Below are positions 1 to 13,200 of a DNA stretch of 64,000 nucleotides, in pieces. This stretch comes from Octopus bimaculoides (lineage: Eukaryota): assembly GCF_001194135.2 (NCBI RefSeq), contig NC_068981.1, forward strand, positions 130,001,172 to 130,065,171, written 5' to 3'. How positions within the stretch are numbered: position 1 is the stretch's first letter; every line of letters begins with the position of its first letter. Both the position numbers and the translations under genes were made by a program. The notes beneath the pieces were generated by a model that ran no database searches, was not told the origin of the DNA, and saw nothing but the letters and a program-made list of their open reading frames with translations.

Positions 1-210
1 GTTTATCCTTAGCTAGGTATTTCTCCTGCAACTGTCTCACTAGAAATAAGGCATCAGTAGTGCTTTTACCTGGCACGAACCCAAACTGCATCTCATCTAA
101 ATTGATTCGCTCCCTAATTAGTTGGGCTATGACCCTCTCTGTAACTTTCATAACCTGATCTAACAGCTTGATGCCTGTGTAATTATTTGTATCTAAAGCG
201 TCACCTTTAC
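1..210 (-). mobile_element. RTE-clade LINE reverse transcriptase fragment
   Basis: closely similar to 37830-38030 (YKGKGDALD..NYRGIKLLD..QFGFVPG region). Confidence 0.8.
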
Positions 211-1497
211 CTTTGTATATATATATATATGTGTGTGTGTGTGTATTTGTGTGTCTGTGTTTGTCCCACCCCCCACTATTGCTTGATAACTGATGTTGGT
301 GTGTTTATGTCCCCATAACCTAGCGGTTTGGCAAAATAGACCAAAAGAATAAGTCCTGGGGTTAATTTCTTCAACTAAAAACCCTTTAAGGTGGTGCTCC
401 AGCATGGCTGAAGTCAAATGACTGAAACAAATAAAAGAATAAAAGAAAATTCTCTGTGTGACCTCATTTACCTGCATTTTGTTGGGCAGTGAACAAGAGA
501 TTTCTGATTAATAACTTTCAAGTACTCTCTGTTCTGCACTTACTTGCTGCTTGTATACACTATTTAATTGTGTTAACATGTTTTGTGCTTTGTGTTCGCC
601 CGATACTTAATTCCACTTCCAATGACAAGCACTATAACTTCCTTCTCAGTTTTCAAAAGAAAAAGAGTTACTATGCATGGAGACTTCAAAAAGAAAACAC
701 AAAGTTTAGCATTTTCGAATTTCATAGGTAAGCCAAGAATAAACTTTAAACTATTCACTTTTGAAACAGCTCAGACTAGATTCCTTATCAAATTTATTTT
801 GTGTCAAAATTAGCTGATTTAGTTTAATTTCAGTGATATTGCCTTGATGAGGCAGCAGTTCAGTGGAGCTTCATAGGTCATATACTTCCTTGCCATTTGA
901 AAGATTTTTCAGATTCGGAAGAATCAAGCTTTGTTGAGACTCAGTGTTGTTTTTAATATCCTGATCATCACATTCAACCAAGCTGTTCTTGATGGTACCA
1001 CAATCTTTTATCATATGACTTTTTGTCGACCAAAACACATTAGTGAACGACTTTTTAATGAAACAACTTTCAGATGGTGTAGATTCCTATTACATCGAAC
1101 TATGGTGTGGATTTTTTTCAGAGAGGTGGGGAGTAGAAGAGTTTCAGATCATTCACACAAGTCCTCTTTGTTTCTTCATTACATACAGATGGGTATTTTT
1201 AAACAAAATTTTCTACAAATACTTTTTAAATAGTGCTGATTAAAATTATATTGGAATTTAATGTTAAAAAACAATGGTAGCTGTGCACACAAACATACTA
1301 ACTCACATCACATATATCAGAATGAAACTTGAAATTTAAAAAGAAAAATTGTGATGAGTGTTAGTAGAGTGTAGGACAAAACCCTCTAGAAAAATAAACA
1401 CAAGGTAAAAAAAAAAAATCACGAGGACAAAAGCAAGCAAGTTTTAAGCCATAATTTTAATTCTTGTTATTTGTAGTTTATAAAATATTACATTATA

Positions 1498-4176
1498 CTA
1501 GCAGTATAACCTGACGTTGTCCGGGTGTGACTTATTACGCCATCTACGATATAAATCTTGCAGTAGAAAGCCATGCATGAAACCTGCTTGTTGCTGCAGA
1601 CGTCTGTACTGAGAGGATGACATTGCAGAATGTCAATATGGTATCCGTTTTCACCATGAGGAAATAGTAGGGGGTACTGGAGCGCATCGTATGCCCTGTG
1701 AGTTTCTGGAATTCGCCTTATGGCATCATTACAACATGACAGAACGATGTCCCTAGGTTAGACTGGTCACCCTGAAGAATGATAACGATTTCATTACATG
1801 AAGTTTGGTTGTAGCGTCCAAGGTGTTCTCCAGATGGGCGTTTGTCAGCATCAATGACCACTTTAAAATTGGGGCTTGAGGTCATCTCCACGGCATACTT
1901 GAAACTACGCATGTAGCTGTTTGTAGCATGAAGCATCTCTTGCAATTGCAATGTCAGCTCAAAGTCAGTACCTGGTGATATTGTGGTTCATTTTGCGGCT
2001 TGGTTTTGATAGTTGCAAATGAAGTACAGCTGAAGAAACTTTGGCTCTTGGCCTGCGGCTGGCTGAAGAGATCTAATTCTATGGTAAACTTGGCCCTGTA
2101 CTTTAAAAGTGGGCACGAACCCTTCTTGTCTGATGATGTTCACTTCAAATGAGGTCATTTGGAAAGCACAGTTGTACTTCCTTGTCACGAAGAAAACGCC
2201 TTGAGTGTTTGTTCTGGTAAGAAGCAGCTGTAATGGATGAGGGGTGGGTCCAACAAAGAGGGTAGTCTGACCTTTCCACCTGAGCAGCACAATCCAGCTG
2301 GTTCACCGGGTCACTTCCTCGCAGAACAAATTGGACAAACGACTTGCATATAGGAAATCGATAGGTCTGGATGGGAAGCATAGTCGATGTCAGGCTTATA
2401 GTCGAACGCTTTTAATGACTATCGGGAACTGCATGGCCTAGAAACACCTCGATGACAATTTCTACAAATTGAGACATTGGCCAGGCGATGAAACCTGACT
2501 TTGGAGCTCTCATTAATTCTGGAGGAAGCAATAGAGGCAGCGTTTTTGTTGAGGCAAATGGCATGTTGTTTAGCATTCTCAGCCGCTCTGCGGGCCGAAG
2601 TGCAAGCAGGGTTATTCATATGATGCAGGTTACGCTGTTGCTCAGACTGAGCAGCTTGCCTTGCGGCTTGTAAAGCAGCACGTCTTGCTCTCCGCATAGC
2701 AGGGTAATCCCTTTTCACAGGAGCTAGGATGGCAATTTCTGATGAAGCAATTGCTGGTGATCTGTTGCTACACAGTTCTGCCAGAATTCTATCAGATTGG
2801 GCAGTAGATGCACCATTTTGCATTATGTTCAAAGTAGCTTCTGGAATGTGGTGAATTGCTGCAGTCTGTTGCTGTCTTTTTAAACCGGTTGCTTTCTTTC
2901 CCCAGCAAACTCTCTTCTTTGGAGGCATAACCTATGTATATATTAAACAGAACAACAAAAAGTTATAACAGATGGCAGGGTAGGTAGTTTTCACATTTTA
3001 ATGAAGTTCACTGATTTGCAATGTGTTGTCCTGTCTACATAAGCTCCGTAGTTTGTATATTTACAAAATATTGACAAACATGTAGTAAGGTAAGATCTAG
3101 TTATATTGTAGTGAATGCTTGTGTGTACGTGCGCGTGTATGCGTTTGAGAGAGCGAGAGAGAAGAGGAAGAGAGAGAGAGGGGGAGAAAGGAATAGAGAA
3201 CGGGAGCGATGAAGAGAGGAAGGGAGAACGGAAGACAGTTATAAAATAGCTATGTGTGCACGCGTTCATATAAGAAACACACACAAACTAAATCGTATAT
3301 CTATAATGTTGATGTGTGTATGTATTCATGTGTATGTTGTTGACACAGATCACGTATGTGTGGTTGTGTGTGTTTTTACGTCTCTATGTTATGAAAAATA
3401 TGTAAAAAATACTAAGAGGAGACAAGGACGCTGAACATGCAGACAGACAATGTAACGAAAACATGAACGAGTGAAACGGGGTATTCCTTATTCAGTCTAG
3501 TTACAAATTATCATTGCAACTTCGGCAAAAGGAAGCTAAGAGCCCCAGATTCCTTGGAAGAAAGAACTGAATGTAAACAGAAAGAAGGACGTATAACAAC
3601 AGAGAACAGATACATACAAAAAGCAGGATATCAACAGCAGGTGTATTTCGACTCCTCACGAAGTAAGTGATGCTGGCTTGTGTAGGAAATGAGAAAGTGA
3701 AGCGAGGAAAAAGAGATGTGCACGGACAAGGTAGAGGGATAGAAGAAAGCTATTAAATGGGAGAGGGGAAGAAGTACGAAGTAAGAGTGAAAAGGTAGAT
3801 AGAAGGAAAGAATAGAAATGGAAGAATAGTCTTAAACCAAGTTTATCTATGACTTCGTATGTATCACTTTCTCTCTCTCTCTCTCCCTCTTTTACTCTTA
3901 CTGTCTATATTATATGTTGAGCGCGTGATCGATGTGTAAGAACGCTGGACAGATAGAATGGAAGAAATATAAAAGTTGCTAGAAACAAAAGCCAAATCTC
4001 CCTTAAATCATACAAAGTAAATGGAATTTAAAAAATCTAATTACTGCACTGGAAAGTTCACATCGAGAAAATTCCATTGATGTAAAAATTTTCACGAAAA
4101 AGTGAAAAATGTGAATTTCTATAAACTTTTAAAAAGGCTACACACAGACACACAACTTCAGCTTTATATATATAGA
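1498..4176 (-). mobile_element. Helitron, internally deleted, both termini present
   Basis: 5' end A|TCTATATATATAAAGCTG (minus, 4176). 3' hairpin CCCGGACAACGTCAGG then CTAG|T (minus, 1498). Frameshifted Rep N-terminal ORFs: YNCAFQMTSF..TFKVQGQVYHRI..KFLQLYF and LQEMLH..NSY..VVIDADKRP..H.GRYN. No helicase region. Confidence 0.88.
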
Positions 4177-4442
4177 TAATAACCCCAATCACAAAAATGA
4201 GCGTAATAAAAAGAATATCATATCATGTCTTTGAAAAGTTAAAACAAACACAATATTGAAAACCTCATTAAATGTTCATTTTACTACAACCTGATGCTCT
4301 GCCCTACACCATTCAAAAATTCATCCATGGTCTTCCTCTCATTGACATAGTCCAGACATAGGTTCTTTAAACATTGTTGATGCTCTTTGTGACATGTTTG
4401 ACTCGTTTTCTTGAAGGTTCAGTACAAGAATCCTTAATCCGA

Positions 4443-4786
4443 GGGAGTGGGGAGAGGACTTCGGAAAATTCACAAGATCCGTGTTTTTCCCTCGTAACTT
4501 TGAGGAAAATATAATCCTTTTAGAATCACAAATTAGGATTTTCCTCAGGAACTTGGATGTTAAACATCCCTTTGAAAGGTTCGGGTCCTTACTTCTACTA
4601 TACACACACATATCTATCTACCTATCTATCTATAGTAGAAGGACCCGAACCCTTCAAAGGGATGTTTAGCATCTAAATTCCTGAGGAAAATCCTAATTTG
4701 TGATTTCAAAAGGATTATATTTTCCTCAAAGTTACGAGGGAAAAACTCGGATCTTGTGAATTTTCCTAAGTCCTCTCCTACCCCGT
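4443..4786. repeat. long inverted repeat (fold-back), ~150-bp arms around a microsatellite spacer
   Basis: 4451-4602 is the reverse complement of 4631-4778 with scattered substitutions and small indels. Confidence 0.92.
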
Positions 4787-4825
4787 TGCTTTCCGCGCAT
4801 TTTTGCTTTCAGATTCGTTTCCTAC

Positions 4826-5327
4826 NNNNNNNNNNNNNNNNNNNNNNNNNNNNNNNNNNNNNNNNNNNNNNNNNNNNNNNNNNNNNNNNNNNNNNNNNNN
4901 NNNNNNNNNNNNNNNNNNNNNNNNNNNNNNNNNNNNNNNNNNNNNNNNNNNNNNNNNNNNNNNNNNNNNNNNNNNNNNNNNNNNNNNNNNNNNNNNNNNN
5001 NNNNNNNNNNNNNNNNNNNNNNNNNNNNNNNNNNNNNNNNNNNNNNNNNNNNNNNNNNNNNNNNNNNNNNNNNNNNNNNNNNNNNNNNNNNNNNNNNNNN
5101 NNNNNNNNNNNNNNNNNNNNNNNNNNNNNNNNNNNNNNNNNNNNNNNNNNNNNNNNNNNNNNNNNNNNNNNNNNNNNNNNNNNNNNNNNNNNNNNNNNNN
5201 NNNNNNNNNNNNNNNNNNNNNNNNNNNNNNNNNNNNNNNNNNNNNNNNNNNNNNNNNNNNNNNNNNNNNNNNNNNNNNNNNNNNNNNNNNNNNNNNNNNN
5301 NNNNNNNNNNNNNNNNNNNNNNNNNNN
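4826..5327. other. assembly gap; other large gaps at 21469-21992, 26219-27163, 38722-38836, 54465-55088
   Basis: runs of N. Confidence 0.99.
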
Positions 5328-5600
5328 GAAGTTTCTATAAAACTAATGTTTAAACAGTGAATAGCTATGGGGATCCACCAGAATGAAATAGTAATCAAAT
5401 GGATCCATAAAAAATGGTTGAAAACCCCAAATGTAGAGTGAATCAACACAAAAAAAAAGATATTTTTCATGATTACTTCAATTATATATTTTTCTTCTAA
5501 TTTTAGAAACAGAAAAAAAAAAAAAAGGTAAAACTGAGTGGGTTTTGTCCTATTTCGCGACCCAGGGAATTTCTGAATGGCACGACTAACGAAAAATTAC

Positions 5601-5645
5601 CTTGAATTTATTTTTAGTAGTGCGGCCCGCCTGAAAATGTGCCAT
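5601..5645 (-). CDS. candidate first coding exon of an unidentified divergently transcribed gene (MAHFQAGRTTKNKFK)
   Basis: ATG at 5645, 15 open codons, AAG|gtaatt donor, in the CpG-rich zone upstream of DCAF11; no downstream exon identified. Confidence 0.3.
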
Positions 5646-6224
5646 GTCTCATGCCTACTTTCCGAAAAAGGCTATCCGTGTCTTCCCAAGGAAGTCAATA
5701 AAGCAAAGTCTGTAGATCAAGCGGAAGGGATAGAAAGGAGATACAGTTGACGGTAGTTTAAGAAGAGCACGTTTGTATTTATGTTGTTTCGATTCCTGGA
5801 TGCTGTCATTTTAATGATACTTTTTATGAAAACATTTCATTCATGCACCTCACTTTCCCTTCTTTCCTGATACCAAATGTAATCAAATGAGTAACTAGTG
5901 TATCAGAGCGGATGTGATGTCATAAGTGCTCAGCACTTAGCATGGAATAAGTTAAATAATCTAATAAGTATATAATAACCCTAAATAACCAAAGAAACAT
6001 CTTTTAAAAAAATTCTTGAAATATTCCAGCGTATACATTATGAAATGATCGGGAGGAAATTTTATATTTCCAATTAATAAACAAAATATATATACTCGGC
6101 ACGGTGATCTGCACGGTTAGTTCAGCTGAAAATATGGTGTGATCATCAGAAAGTTGATTTAATGAACTTTCTTCAAGTGATTACCTAATGATACAGTATT
6201 TGTTTTTTAAAAAGCTTTGCCAGC
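5646..6224. promoter_or_regulatory. putative promoter / 5' region of DCAF11, possibly bidirectional
   Basis: repeat-free, locally richer in CpG than the introns, lies between two outward-facing ATG exons; inference only. Confidence 0.35.
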
Positions 6225-6319
6225 ATGAGTAAATCGAGTGGAAATACTTCGTCCGGATCGAGAGATAACGACGAAAGACAGGCGAATTCGCTGAATCATC
6301 CTCTTATTCTTGCCACAAG
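6225..6319 (+). CDS. DCAF11: DCAF11 coding exon 1 (MSKSSGNTSSGSRDNDERQANSLNHPLILAT)
   Basis: ATG in a CpG-rich region, open frame, donor AG|gtaaac (phase 2); Ser/Gly-rich start like vertebrate DCAF11. Confidence 0.65.
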
Positions 6320-9300
6320 GTAAACAAATGCACATTTACTCGTTTCAAGATATGTAATAACATAGCATGTCCTATCAAGTATTAATCTACTCATCTGAAA
6401 CCATACATTTGCTCAAACTTTCATAAATGAGGACTAGCAACCTTTAGTCGTAACTTTAAACGTAATTCATGGATCCAGTGCTAAGTCGTCCTTGACTTCC
6501 CTGTTGCTGGTCAGAATCATTTGTTTAGTAAATAAAAGTGAAAGGCTTCTGAAAAATGGCATCTTCTCTCTCCAAGCCAATTTATTCCACTCTTCTGCCC
6601 TTGTAAACAGATTTATTCCATTTTAAAACTGTTTATAACAATACAGCTAATCTACTTTTGCAAATATTTGAAAGGTTTGATTACATAAACAACAGGACCT
6701 GCATTCAGCTAACTGTACCCGATAAAAAGAAATCGTTGTAAATCTCTTTACAGCCATTCTCTAAAAAATATCTGTTCCAGGTCATCTCTGATCAAGAGCA
6801 CGAATGTAGTCGGCCGACAGAAGCTGTATTTATTTATTATTTTTCCAGCCGTGCGCACTCTTTAACCTAAGCTATTAAGGAAGCTACAGCTTGGGCTGTT
6901 TGGTTTCAGATCTTATCTCTCTCCATACTCCAAAGAATGTCTTTGTACTTTGATTTATTAATGACACGAACTCTGCAATTATGCAACAACAACAATACAC
7001 ACACACACAGAGTTAATTACTCAGAGACGCCGTCTGCATGGAATAATAGTTAAAATATACTAACACTAACTTACATAAGTTTTTGTTTGGTTCTCTACAT
7101 TGCTCACACCATTTAACCCTATACGTTAATAGGTTGTTATTGAATAAATCCAATTGTTTGGACATATGATCTAAAGGTATATCGCCCGCTATTATCCCGT
7201 CATTTAATTTTCCAGACAATAGATTATATTAGTCATAGTGTCATTCACTTTTCTTAAGACATCAGCCTGTGATGCGAGAGAAATTTGGCTGCTATTTCTA
7301 GCGGGTTGAGGCTCCCTAGTAGGTTCGTGTCAAATGTACGCTTATGTGTGGAAACAATGAAGCTGTCATTTGAATTTATACACAAAAATTTCCTAGGGTT
7401 GTAAACCAGAACTTTTTCCATTTAGTCCTCCTTTTTTTTCTCAGTCTTAGTCTCATACGAACATTGTGTGTGTTTCTGTTGTCTTTATACTTGTATTTAT
7501 ATTTTTAATTGGCAGCAATCTTTCGCAGGTCGGTTCCATTACTTAAAGCCTTTTATATTTTCCCAAACGCAACTCTTATTGACTTGTATTAAGACACTTA
7601 TGCCTATTGAACAAATGTTTATTATATATGTAGTTATTAGTTAAGTACATATATATTTATGTATTTCAATGTTAAAAGCAAGTAGCTTCTTTCGTATGGA
7701 GCTATCATAATTATCAAAATCCATCTGTACTAGGCCAACATTGAAAAAGTGGGGCTAATGTCACCTCTTGAAAAATGCATCTTTTTGAAAAACGTTTTTG
7801 GGATTCCTACGTTCTAGATGTTGGAGATTCAGGCCATAGGATACATTATTTTCCTCTTTAAGCTAATACAATGTATGAATAAACAAGTATGTAAAATGAA
7901 TCTCTTAATGATTTTCAAACAGTAATCTGATTCTGTTATGATATCTATATATAGTACCTTTAGAGCTGCCTCTAGATTGTCTGACTTTAAAACATACTAA
8001 CATATTACAAGTTTTGGATTTGGATAAAAGTAAATTAACAATGGGTGACATAGTAAGATATGTAATTTGGAGATGATATCAATGGTAAAGGTTTGAAAAG
8101 TCACTGATCTATTGAATCCAAATCTTGTCCTGTAACTAATACAATTTGTTTTCATTGTAGAGGTAGAAGACATAGAGCTGTTCGTCACTCATCCAGGAGA
8201 GAGAAAAAAGAAGTAGATGAACCCAAAGGTAATTATTTCATTACATTTTAGTTTTAATTTAACCCAAGCACAGTGATTTATTTGTAATATGATTTGTAAC
8301 AGATTTTTGTGGAAGGTGTGATCAATTATGTCAACTCTAGTTCTCACAAGCATGTATTTCATTGATCTTGGAAGGCTACAAAGCAAAATAAACTGCAGTA
8401 GGATTTGATCTCAAAATGTTGGCAATAAAATAGACTTCATTTGGTCTGGCAACTTAGAAATAACTCCCATGATTCCACTTAGAAATGAATCACTTATGTT
8501 TATTATTCTGCACATATTTATAAGGGTGTCTATTTGGTGTGTGTGTCACTAAATCATTTATATATTTTTATGTAGTTCAAACAATGATTTGCATAATTAT
8601 TCTTAATATGTTTTGGCAGATTTGAATGCAAACTGTTAATCACTGGTGACATGTAAAAGGCACCCTTTCTGGTGACACGTAAAAGACACCCACTACATTC
8701 TGTGGAGTGGTTGGAACTTAGGAAAGGCATCCAGCTATAGAAACCAAGCCAAAACAAGACGAGCCTGGTGCAGCCCTCTTGTTTACCAGTTCCAATCGAA
8801 CTATCTTATCCATGCCAGCATGGAAAACAAACACTAAATGATGATGGTGGTGAAGCATACATCACAGGAGAAAAACTTATTTTTACAATGGTGTGTTCAT
8901 AGTGCACTTAACTCATTGCTATGAGGGATTCTGGGACACTGGTTTTTCCCATGATGCTGTGTCTCATCAGCTAGAAGCTCTCCAGACTTTTGACTCTAAA
9001 CAAGAGCTGATGATTTTTGTTTATAATTTCAGCAAACAAACTGCTGATTGGTGATGATATCTACCAACTAAAAATAAATCACTGTTTACACTATGAACAG
9101 CAAGGTCTGATATAATGACTTGCATATTTCATTCTTATTACATTCCAGCAAATTTGAATGCAAAATATGCCAATTACTGTTGTGTATGTCACAGGAAAAC
9201 AACTTCTTTATTTTATGAGTGTGTTCATAACACATTGACTTATTGGTGCAATGGATACTGGAACATCAGTGTTTCAACAGGTTGTGTCTTGTAAACCAGA

Positions 9301-10226
9301 AACAACCCAGACCTTTTTGTCGAAACAAGAATCCTATTTTCTAACATAATATTCAAGTTTATCTTGTTATTAGGACCAGCGTATGCAGTTTCCCTCCTTA
9401 CAGTTTGCCAGTATTTATGTTTTGGAATTCATGATTTTAGAATTCCCCAAAAATACCAATTTCAGGAGAGTAATAAATCAATTACATCGAACTTAGTGCT
9501 CTACTGGTACTTAATTTATTAACTGTGAAAAGATGAAAGGCAAAATTGATCTTAGTGGAATTTGAACTCAGAACATAATGACAGCATTTTGCCTAGTGTG
9601 CTAATGATTCTGCCAGCTTGCTGCCTTCAGAAGTACCAATATTGATTTCAATGAATACCTTTCTCTCTACTTTTTTCCAGCTAGTCTCTCAACGAGTTAA
9701 ATTTTCATCTACATATAAATAAGCTTTCTCTTTATCTAAAGACAATGTACTAAGTTTTATCTCCAAGTTAAACACTAGCATCCAAGAAGACTAGTGGTGG
9801 TTTATTTTGGGGCAAAAGTTTGTCCAACAAAGTTTTTAAAGATGGGAACTATTAATAAAGTGTGAAGAAAGTTTTAATGTCCTATGTTGGGACCAGAGTT
9901 CTGAGAAATGATATTGGTAAAACGAAATTAAGAGCTAATCAAATCATAAAAATTTGATTATGAGAAAGGGTGAGTGAATGGAAGAGAGAGAGAGAGAGAG
10001 AGAGCAAGAGCAAGAGGGAGGAAAAATGGAAACAACTGCTTCGATAAACCAAACTCTTTATTTGATGTTAATATTTTATATTGTAATCTTTCTTATTCCC
10101 AAATTACATGTGTACTTATATTTTTATTATTTTCTATTCTAGCTGACCAAGCTCCGAAATCAACAGTTCATGTAAGCATGATTGATGTTTGGGGAATGTC
10201 ATGAAGGTAACACCCTTGTAACGTTT

Positions 10227-10273
<47 letters not shown>

Positions 10274-13200
10274 GTTTATGTATAACCCACAGCATATTGA
10301 TACTCTAGCTATAAATATTTGGCTTTCAACCTTGTACTGTTGTGTAAAATTCTGAGTGCTTGTCAACAATTTTTTCTTTAATATTTTAACAAGTAAATCT
10401 CAGTTTCTTTACTAAAGCAGCTTAATGAATCTTCAATGAAAGACAAAGCTAGTTGGGGAATTGAGGCCAAAAGAGTTGTGGTTTCGGAAAGAAAAAATAG
10501 AATACTGCTTTCTGTGAAGCCTGGAGTTTGTGGATCGATTGTATAAAACCAAACCAAACGTGTTGAATTGTCCACTGAGTAAAAGGTTTTGGTTTCTGCA
10601 CCAGATGTTGTGAAGATGTTCCGTGAATTGGTTAGCTACATTCTCTAGAAATTTATTTTATCTCCATTACCATTTAATGTCCATCTTCCATGCTGGCATG
10701 GGTTGGATGGTTTAACAGTATCTAGTAAGCCAAAAGACTACATCAAGCTCCAGTGTCTGCTTTGGCATGGTTTCTACAGCTGCTTGCCCTTCCAAATGCC
10801 AACCACTTCACTGAGTGAACTGGGTTCTCTTTGTATGGTACCGGCACTAGTGAGGTTGCCTTGTAACTCACATATCAAGACCCCTTGACTGAGTCAGGGT
10901 GCAATATTGAGGGACATGGCTTTGTGTCAGGTGTTGAGACATTAAAGTGTGATAGAGGGACAGGAACAAGTGTCATGCCGCTATGGAGATACATGGCTAC
11001 TTCAGCTGGAAGAGGTGAAAAGATGGTAGTGATGAGGTGTCAAGACATATCCTCAAGGGTCAAGAAGGTGAATATAAAAGAGAATAGAGACAAGATTGGG
11101 AAGGGTGGGTGGGTAAGTTCATGAGAGTATGATAGGTGTATGACATCAGCATCATCATCATCATGAGTTGTAGGGAAGGTTTTGTCATCTCCTCTATGAG
11201 GGCCAACATCCTAAGGTTGGTTTTCACTACTCTGTCTCATGTCTTCCTGGGTCCCTGCTTTATTGCATATCTTCCACAGATTCCATCCATATATTTTGCA
11301 ACTGAAACATCTTTATGCAGCTGTCCTCATTCATATGCATCACACGATCATATCAACAGTTTTCACTCTTGCATACTGTATCTAATGCATTTTATGCCCA
11401 GATTTTCTCTCAACTCCTTTGCATTTTGTTGAACATACACATTGAGGTTGCACATCCAACAGAACATACTAGTTTCATTTCTTTCATGTCTTCACATGTG
11501 CTCTGCATTCACAGCCCTTGCTGTTTGTATGCAAACATCATACAATATTGCCTTTCATTCTGAGGGAGAGGCCTTTTATTAACAACAGGGGTAATAACCC
11601 TCTGAACTTTTTCCAGGGGACATTATATTATTTTTAATATCATATAAAAGCACCTGTGCAGCACCACGTAAAAACACCTGTATGGTGCCACATAAAAGCG
11701 TCCAGCACACTCTGGTTGGTGTTAGGAAGGGCATCCAGCCATAGAAACCATGCCAAATTAGACTGGAGCCTGGTGCAGCTCTCTACTTTGCCAGCTCTGG
11801 TCAAACTGTCCAATCCATGCCAGCATGGACAATAAATGTTGAATAATGATGATGATGATAGTTTTATAGAGATCATAGAGATGTTAGAGTGGAGTTATGT
11901 CCATGTGTGCTGTGTACAAATATATACAAAATGTAGCATGAAAGTGATCCTTCACTAGATACCTTAAGTGTAAGGAACACAGGTACAAATTCTTTTAGAT
12001 GAATAAAAGCTCTGGATTGGGTGGAATAGGCATACTATTAACAGAGAAATAGATAGATATGGTAATTGAATTAGAAGGAGTGGTTGTGTGGTAAGTAGCT
12101 TGGTAAGTACCAACCACATGGTTCTGGGTTCGGTCTCACTGCATTGCACCTTGGCAAGTGTCTTCTACTATAGCCTCGGGCCAACCAAAGCCTTGTGAGT
12201 GGATTGGTAGACGGAAACTGAAATAAGCCCGTCGTATATATGTATATGTATATATATTTGTGTGTCTGTGTTTGTCCCCCCAACATTGCTTGACAACTGA
12301 TGCTGGTGTGTTTACATCCCCCGTAACTTAGTGGTTCGGCTAAAGAGACTGATAGAATAAGTACTAGGCTTACAAAGAATAAGTCCTGGGGGTCGATTTG
12401 CTCGACTAAAGGCGGTGCTCCAGCATGGCCGCAGTCAAATGACTGAAACAAGTAAAAGAGATTAATTATGCTTAAGTTAGTTATAGGCTGCAGTGATTTC
12501 TGCATGTGTGTTACAATCAGGTATGACAGATGTACGAAAGAACCAGTTCTATGAAGTCCTCTTGTGGACTACCTCCGTGACTAATGACAATGACCTTGTT
12601 GTCACTTCTAAGGAGGTCAGTGGACACTGGGAAACATCCACAACAGCCAAAGTCTCCATGTACTCAAGTGTACATGAAGGCTATTGTATAAGGAATGAAG
12701 AAGAATCAAGGGTGCTGGAGTTTTGTGATACAACTCTGATCTAACCATTTGTAACTCATCATCGTCATCATTGTGTAACGTCCACTCTCCATGCTGGCAC
12801 AAGTGGGATGATTTGACATAGAGCTGGCTAGCAGGGAGTTGTTCAGACTCCAGCTATCAGTTGTGGCACGGTTTCTGTGGCTTGATGTCCTTCTTAATAC
12901 CAACCACTTAGCAGTGTGTGCTGGGTGCTTTTTACATGCCTCTGGCATGGGTGCATTTACACAGCACTAGCATTTACACAGCACCATTTACACAGCACTA
13001 GCATTAACACAGCACCAGTATGGGTGCTTTTTAAGTGGCACCAGCACCCAAAAGGACAAGCCTGTATGTGTGGAATACAGTGATTTTTCTTAGCTTGACA
13101 TGTCTTATAAGTATAGCAAATCACATCTCCCAGTCCCTTGTCATTTCCTCAGTGAGGCCCAGCATTTGAAGATCCTTTCTCACCACTTTGTCTCACATCT

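Noticed and set aside
4756-5470. Long ORFs in the track spanning N-runs (also 21427-22239, 26179-27336, 38543-38961, 54378-55189)
   Set aside because: Artefacts of untranslatable gap bases.
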